DNA from: Candidatus Shapirobacteria bacterium
GTDB lineage: Bacteria; Patescibacteriota; Microgenomatia; UBA12405
Length of the DNA: 64,000 nucleotides
Direction: 5' to 3'
Assembly (NCBI GenBank): GCA_028704635.1
Contig: JAQWFB010000004.1
Coordinates: forward strand, 2,656 to 66,655
The notes under the pieces are model-generated. The model worked only from the letters and a program-made list of their open reading frames with translations. It ran no database searches and was not told the origin of the DNA. Numbering within the stretch: position 1 is the stretch's first letter; each line of letters begins with the position of its first letter. Shown piece by piece: positions 60,059 to 64,000 of this stretch. The translations under genes were made by a program, and so were the position numbers.

Positions 60059-60247
60059 ATGACTCAAATTAGAAAAGTTATTAAAACCGGAAATAGTTTA
60101 GCCCTAACTATTCCATCGAAATCAATTAAAGAATTTAATATTAAAGAAGGGGATTTGGTTTTAATTAAAATTAACAGAAGTAAAGCCTCAATAAATTATA
60201 TTTTTTCTGGACACCCTCGTCAGCTTTCCCTTATCGGTTCTAATTAA
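60059..60247 (+). CDS. AbrB/MazE (SpoVT-AbrB) family small DNA-binding protein, no cognate toxin adjacent
   Basis: IKTGNSLALTIPSKSIKEFNIKEGDLVLIKI swapped-hairpin motif; the next gene is secD. Confidence 0.5.
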   Translation: MTQIRKVIKTGNSLALTIPSKSIKEFNIKEGDLVLIKINRSKASINYIFSGHPRQLSLIGSN

Positions 60248-60250
60248 TTT

Positions 60251-61627
60251 ATGATCAACAAAGATAAAATTATGAGAACTTTTTGGACAATTTTAGCCTT
60301 GACTTTTATTTGTTTCATTATTAATTTTCCAAAAGAAATGCCAATCAGTTTTCATTTTGGCAGAGTAAATTTTGAACACACTTTTTATCGTCCAGATTTT
60401 AAATTTAAAATTGGAGAAAAAGAATATGGTAAAGATTTGGATTTAAAATTTGGTCTCGATTTAGCTGGGGGAGCTTCTCTTTTATTTAATATTGATACAT
60501 CCACTGTTAAAGAAGAAGATATTTCTTCAGCCCTTGAATCTCTAAAAAGTAATATTGAAAGAAGAATTAATTTATTTGGTGTCAGTGAAACCAATGTTCA
60601 AATTGTTAAACAAGAAAATGAATATCGTCTCAAAATTGAATTGCCGGGAGTCGAGAATGTTTCCAGTGCTATTAAATTAATTGGCACTACTGCCCAGCTA
60701 AAGTTCAAGGGAGAAATTGAAATTCCACCCGAAGCCACTGCTACAGCCACTTTTAATGATGTTTTTGCCAAAGATACCGGAATTAATGGTTCTAATCTTA
60801 ATAGGGCTAGCGTTCAATTAAACCCCAACACTTCCGAACCAGAAGTTTTATTGGAATTTGATGATCAAGGGGCTAAATTATTTGCCACCGCCACCGAAGA
60901 ACTCTTAAACAAAAGAATTGCCATTTTACTCGATGATGAACCAATCACTTATCCACCTACTGTCAACTCTGTCATTACCGACGGTAAAGCCGTCATCAGT
61001 GGTAGTTTTGATAATAAAACTGCCAGAGAGTTAGCTGTTCAATTAAATGCTGGAGCTCTGCCTTTGCAAATTAATTTAATTCAACAATCCCAAATTGGCG
61101 CCACTCTTGGTAAAGATTCAATTGATAAAGGAATTTTTGCTGGTATTGTCGGTCTAATTTTAGTTTCAATTTTTATGATTGGTAATTATGGCAAACTTGG
61201 TCTTATTGCCGACATTGGTTTAATTATTTATGGATTAATTACTCTAGCGTTATATCGTCTGATTCCAGTAACTTTAACTTTTCCAGGTATTGTCGGTTTT
61301 ATTTTATCAATCGGCATGGCCGTTGACAGTAATATTTTAATTTTTGAAAGAATGCGCGAGGAAACTCGTAAGGGTAAAAATTGGAATAATGCCATGGAAT
61401 TGGGTTTTGGCCGAGCCTGGGATTCCATTAAAGACGCCAATGCCTGCACCATCATTACTGGCTTAATTTTGCTTAATCCATTTAATTGGCCATTTTTGAA
61501 TACTTCCGGTATGGTTAGAGGGTTTGCCATTACTCTAATTTTAGGTATCATTATCGGTATTTTTACCGGTGTTTTTGTTACTAGAAATTTATTAAGAGTT
61601 TTAGCCAAGGAGAAAATCCAAAAATAA
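60251..61627 (+). CDS. secD: Protein translocase subunit SecD
   Basis: N-terminal TM, periplasmic domain, C-terminal 5-TM block with GLDLAGG-type motifs; followed by secF. Confidence 0.85.
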   Translation: MINKDKIMRTFWTILALTFICFIINFPKEMPISFHFGRVNFEHTFYRPDFKFKIGEKEYGKDLDLKFGLDLAGGASLLFNIDTSTVKEEDISSALESLKSNIERRINLFGVSETNVQIVKQENEYRLKIELPGVENVSSAIKLIGTTAQLKFKGEIEIPPEATATATFNDVFAKDTGINGSNLNRASVQLNPNTSEPEVLLEFDDQGAKLFATATEELLNKRIAILLDDEPITYPPTVNSVITDGKAVISGSFDNKTARELAVQLNAGALPLQINLIQQSQIGATLGKDSIDKGIFAGIVGLILVSIFMIGNYGKLGLIADIGLIIYGLITLALYRLIPVTLTFPGIVGFILSIGMAVDSNILIFERMREETRKGKNWNNAMELGFGRAWDSIKDANACTIITGLILLNPFNWPFLNTSGMVRGFAITLILGIIIGIFTGVFVTRNLLRVLAKEKIQK

Positions 61628-61629
61628 TT

Positions 61630-62493
61630 ATGAATATAATGAAGTTTCGACCACTATTTTTAATTATTTCCTCATTTTTGCTTTTTTTGTCTCTTTTATC
61701 AATAATTTTTTGGGGTTTTAAACCATCAATTGATTTTATTGGCGGTGCTGTTTGGGAAATGAATTTACCTTCTAATCCAGACAACTCTAAAATTGAAGAA
61801 ATTTTTTCTAAAAATAATATTAGTAATCTAGTCGTTACTAATAATAAAACTCAATATCATTTGGAATTTCAAGACATTAGCTCTGATCAAAAAAATACTC
61901 TAGATGAAGCAATTAAAAATCTAGATCAAGGTTATACTGAATTGAAATTTGAATCACTTGGTCCAGTTTTAGGCAAAGAATTATTAAAGAAAACGGTTAC
62001 TGCTATTATTCTTTCTGCATTCTTCCTGTTCCTTTTTATTGGTCGTCGTTTTAAAGATTTTTCCTTTGGAATTTCAGCCATCCTTGCTATGTTTCATGAT
62101 ACTTTTATTTTAGTTGGCGCTTTTTCTATTTTGGGTCATTTTTTTGGTGCCGAATTAGATTCACTTTTTGTTACTGCTCTTTTAACCACACTTTCATCGT
62201 CTGTCCATGATACCGTTGTTACTTTCAACCGCATTCGTGAACTCAAACGTCAAAATTTTCAAATAGACTGGGTAAATCTTGCTAATCAGGGTGTTACTGA
62301 AACTTTAAGTAGATCCGTCAACAATTCTATGACTATTGTTTTTATGTTACTTTCTCTCGTTGTCCTCGGTGGTGTCACTACCAAATGGTTTGCCACAGCT
62401 CTTCTAATAGGTGTAATTTGTGGCACTTATTCTTCAACCGGTGTGGCTATCCCTCTTGTTCTATTTTTCAAGAAACATCAAAAAAAGAAATAA
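61630..62493 (+). CDS. secF: Protein translocase subunit SecF
   Basis: SecF topology; IDFIGG motif near the N-terminus; paired with secD. Confidence 0.85.
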   Translation: MNIMKFRPLFLIISSFLLFLSLLSIIFWGFKPSIDFIGGAVWEMNLPSNPDNSKIEEIFSKNNISNLVVTNNKTQYHLEFQDISSDQKNTLDEAIKNLDQGYTELKFESLGPVLGKELLKKTVTAIILSAFFLFLFIGRRFKDFSFGISAILAMFHDTFILVGAFSILGHFFGAELDSLFVTALLTTLSSSVHDTVVTFNRIRELKRQNFQIDWVNLANQGVTETLSRSVNNSMTIVFMLLSLVVLGGVTTKWFATALLIGVICGTYSSTGVAIPLVLFFKKHQKKK

Positions 62494-62628
62494 TTTTCTA
62501 AGTTTTTTGTCATTTTATGTTACAATCACTTAATTTTAAATAAATAATCTTTTCGCAGATCAATTTAATTAAAATTGTCCTTTGACAATTTAAAAATCTT
62601 TAAAAAAATAGAGAAAGAGGTTTTAAAA

Positions 62629-63276
62629 ATGTGGGAAAAAATAAAAATCCTATTGATTAAAATCAAGAATGTTTTAGTAGGAACCAACCCAAATGTAGAT
62701 GTGATAACAAATATTTATCAAGCCAGAGAAGTTTATGAAAACACTTTATTTTTTAGTGGCCGTAAAATAAGAAAAATAGTCGCTGTTATATGGGATAATT
62801 TTTCTTCTATCGAAATTGATACTATTAACACTGCTGACCAAGCCAGAAAATCTTATCGCAATTCTAGACCGGGTAGTAAAATTAGAGAAACTATTGCTAT
62901 TAAATGGGATGAACTCTCTTTTATTGAAATTAATGCCGCTAAGACTGTTGATCAGGCCAGAAGAGCTAATCGCGACTCTCGACCAGGCAGCAAATCCGAA
63001 AAAGTTTCTATAATTAAATGGGACGAATTATCATTAAAACAAGTTTTAGATATCAACACCATCGATGAAATTAGAAGAGCCATTACTTTTTCTCGACCAG
63101 GTAGTAAAGCCGAAAAAATCGGTAAAGACAAAGAGGAGAAGATTTTACTTGAATTAATTTCAAAAGCTAGTAATGTTGCCAAAGTTCAAGAAATTCGTAG
63201 AAATTATTTATCGTCTAGCAATGAAAAAATTAAAAAAGCTATTGATGTAAAAATAGAAGAACTCTCAAAAATATAA
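62629..63276 (+). CDS. Hypothetical protein built from four to five tandem ~40-aa repeats (NTxDQARxxxRxSRPGSK...IKWDELS)
   Basis: Repeats visible at both protein and DNA level (62800-63130). SD AAGAGG before the ATG at 62629; the track start at 62575 is a TTG. Confidence 0.45.
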   Translation: MWEKIKILLIKIKNVLVGTNPNVDVITNIYQAREVYENTLFFSGRKIRKIVAVIWDNFSSIEIDTINTADQARKSYRNSRPGSKIRETIAIKWDELSFIEINAAKTVDQARRANRDSRPGSKSEKVSIIKWDELSLKQVLDINTIDEIRRAITFSRPGSKAEKIGKDKEEKILLELISKASNVAKVQEIRRNYLSSSNEKIKKAIDVKIEELSKI

Positions 63277-63358
63277 AGATTTTTTTAAACTTTTAAGATC
63301 TGTAGATTTTGTTTACACATTTTTGTGTTCACAAATTAATTCTGCAGTCTTTTTTTTG

Positions 63359-63538
63359 TTAAAAAAACTGTCTTAGGTAACTATCAAAAGTTTTTTTCAC
63401 TGGTTTAACTTCCTGATTCCGAATTGGTTGCTGTTCAGAATTTGGGTTTTTGTTATTATTCATTGGAATTATTGGAATAATTTTTTTAACAAGTTCACTA
63501 CCTCTTATTTCATTTAATCCTATTCTTGTTTCTGACAT
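63359..63538 (-). CDS. Possible small ORF (59 aa) abutting the CCA-enzyme stop codon
   Basis: Its ATG at 63538 lies 3 nt after the stop of the upstream minus-strand gene; MSETRIGLNEIRGSELVKKIIPIIPMNN...; no homology recognised and it may be spurious. Confidence 0.15.
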   Translation of the reverse strand: MSETRIGLNEIRGSELVKKIIPIIPMNNNKNPNSEQQPIRNQEVKPVKKTFDSYLRQFF

Positions 63539-63540
63539 TT

Positions 63541-64000
63541 TTATTTTAAATTTTTAACTTTCTCCAACAAAACCTCTCTTTCATTTAGTTCTGGTTTTTC
63601 TTCTACCTCATTAAAAATTGTCTCCAAAACTTCACCCACCTTTCGACTTGGTTTAATTTTCAAAATCTCCATCACATCCATTCCGTTAATTTTTAAATCT
63701 TTAATTGAAAAAGGTTGTTTTTGCACTTCCACAATTCTTTTTTTAAATAATTCCCATCGCCAACTGCTTTCCTTAGCCCCACTTCCCAATCTATCACCTC
63801 GTCTTAAAGCAATCATTTCATCAATATAATCAATGGTCACATTTCTAATAAATCTTCTCACCGCTTTATCAGTTTGGGTCGATATAACAGAAAACATATG
63901 CCATCTAACTAGTTTAAATAATTGTTCTAATTCCTTATTCGATAATCTCAATCTTTTACCAATATTCACAGCCATTCTCGATCCAATTATTTCGTGATTA
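63541..64000 (-). CDS. cca: C-terminal part of a tRNA nucleotidyltransferase/poly(A) polymerase-family (CCA-adding) enzyme; gene continues beyond the window end
   Basis: FSIKDLKINGMDVMEILKIKPSRKVGEVLETIF matches the C-terminal region of bacterial CCA enzymes; the frame is open to nt 64000. Confidence 0.55.
   Translation of the reverse strand, partial: NHEIIGSRMAVNIGKRLRLSNKELEQLFKLVRWHMFSVISTQTDKAVRRFIRNVTIDYIDEMIALRRGDRLGSGAKESSWRWELFKKRIVEVQKQPFSIKDLKINGMDVMEILKIKPSRKVGEVLETIFNEVEEKPELNEREVLLEKVKNLK

Overview
Dense, AT-rich bacterial window with few and short intergenic gaps. The overall look is consistent with a small-genome Candidate Phyla Radiation/Patescibacteria-type organism; this is inference, no database search was possible. 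The core is translation and transcription machinery. Genes present are rpoB-rpoC-rpsL-rpsG, then a ~7.7 kb accessory block, then fusA-tuf and the S10-spc-alpha ribosomal clusters (rpsJ through rplO, secY, adk, infA, rpmJ, rpsM, rpsK, rpsD, rpoA, rplQ, rplM, rpsI). rplD (L30) and map are absent. The 38-codon L36 gene falls below the ORF-track length cutoff. Downstream are uppP, a PolB-type 3'-5' exonuclease, ppa, tRNA-Pro(GGG), recA-recX, rny, hup, a nadE-nadM-Nudix NAD cluster, ychF, a HicB/HicA pair, miaA, an AI-2E transporter, secDF and the 3' end of a CCA-adding enzyme gene. The first ~9.7 kb is a surface-protein block. It holds a CAO_N1-repeat protein, a 940-aa Cys-rich secreted giant immediately followed by a PilX-like minor pilin, an LPTAG-sorted Ig-like protein and Pro-rich or Cys-knot membrane proteins. 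There are two notable non-ORF-track calls. One is a compact (~250 nt) RNase P RNA on the minus strand at 57.2-57.4 kb. The other is an adjacent small minus-strand gene with a strong SD and strong terminator whose product is only continuous through a +1 shift at UUUU-AA; its product resembles Sul7d/Cren7-type SH3-like nucleic-acid-binding proteins. Four intrinsic terminators and four sigma70-like promoters were located by eye. No CRISPR array, rRNA, transposase or reverse transcriptase was seen.
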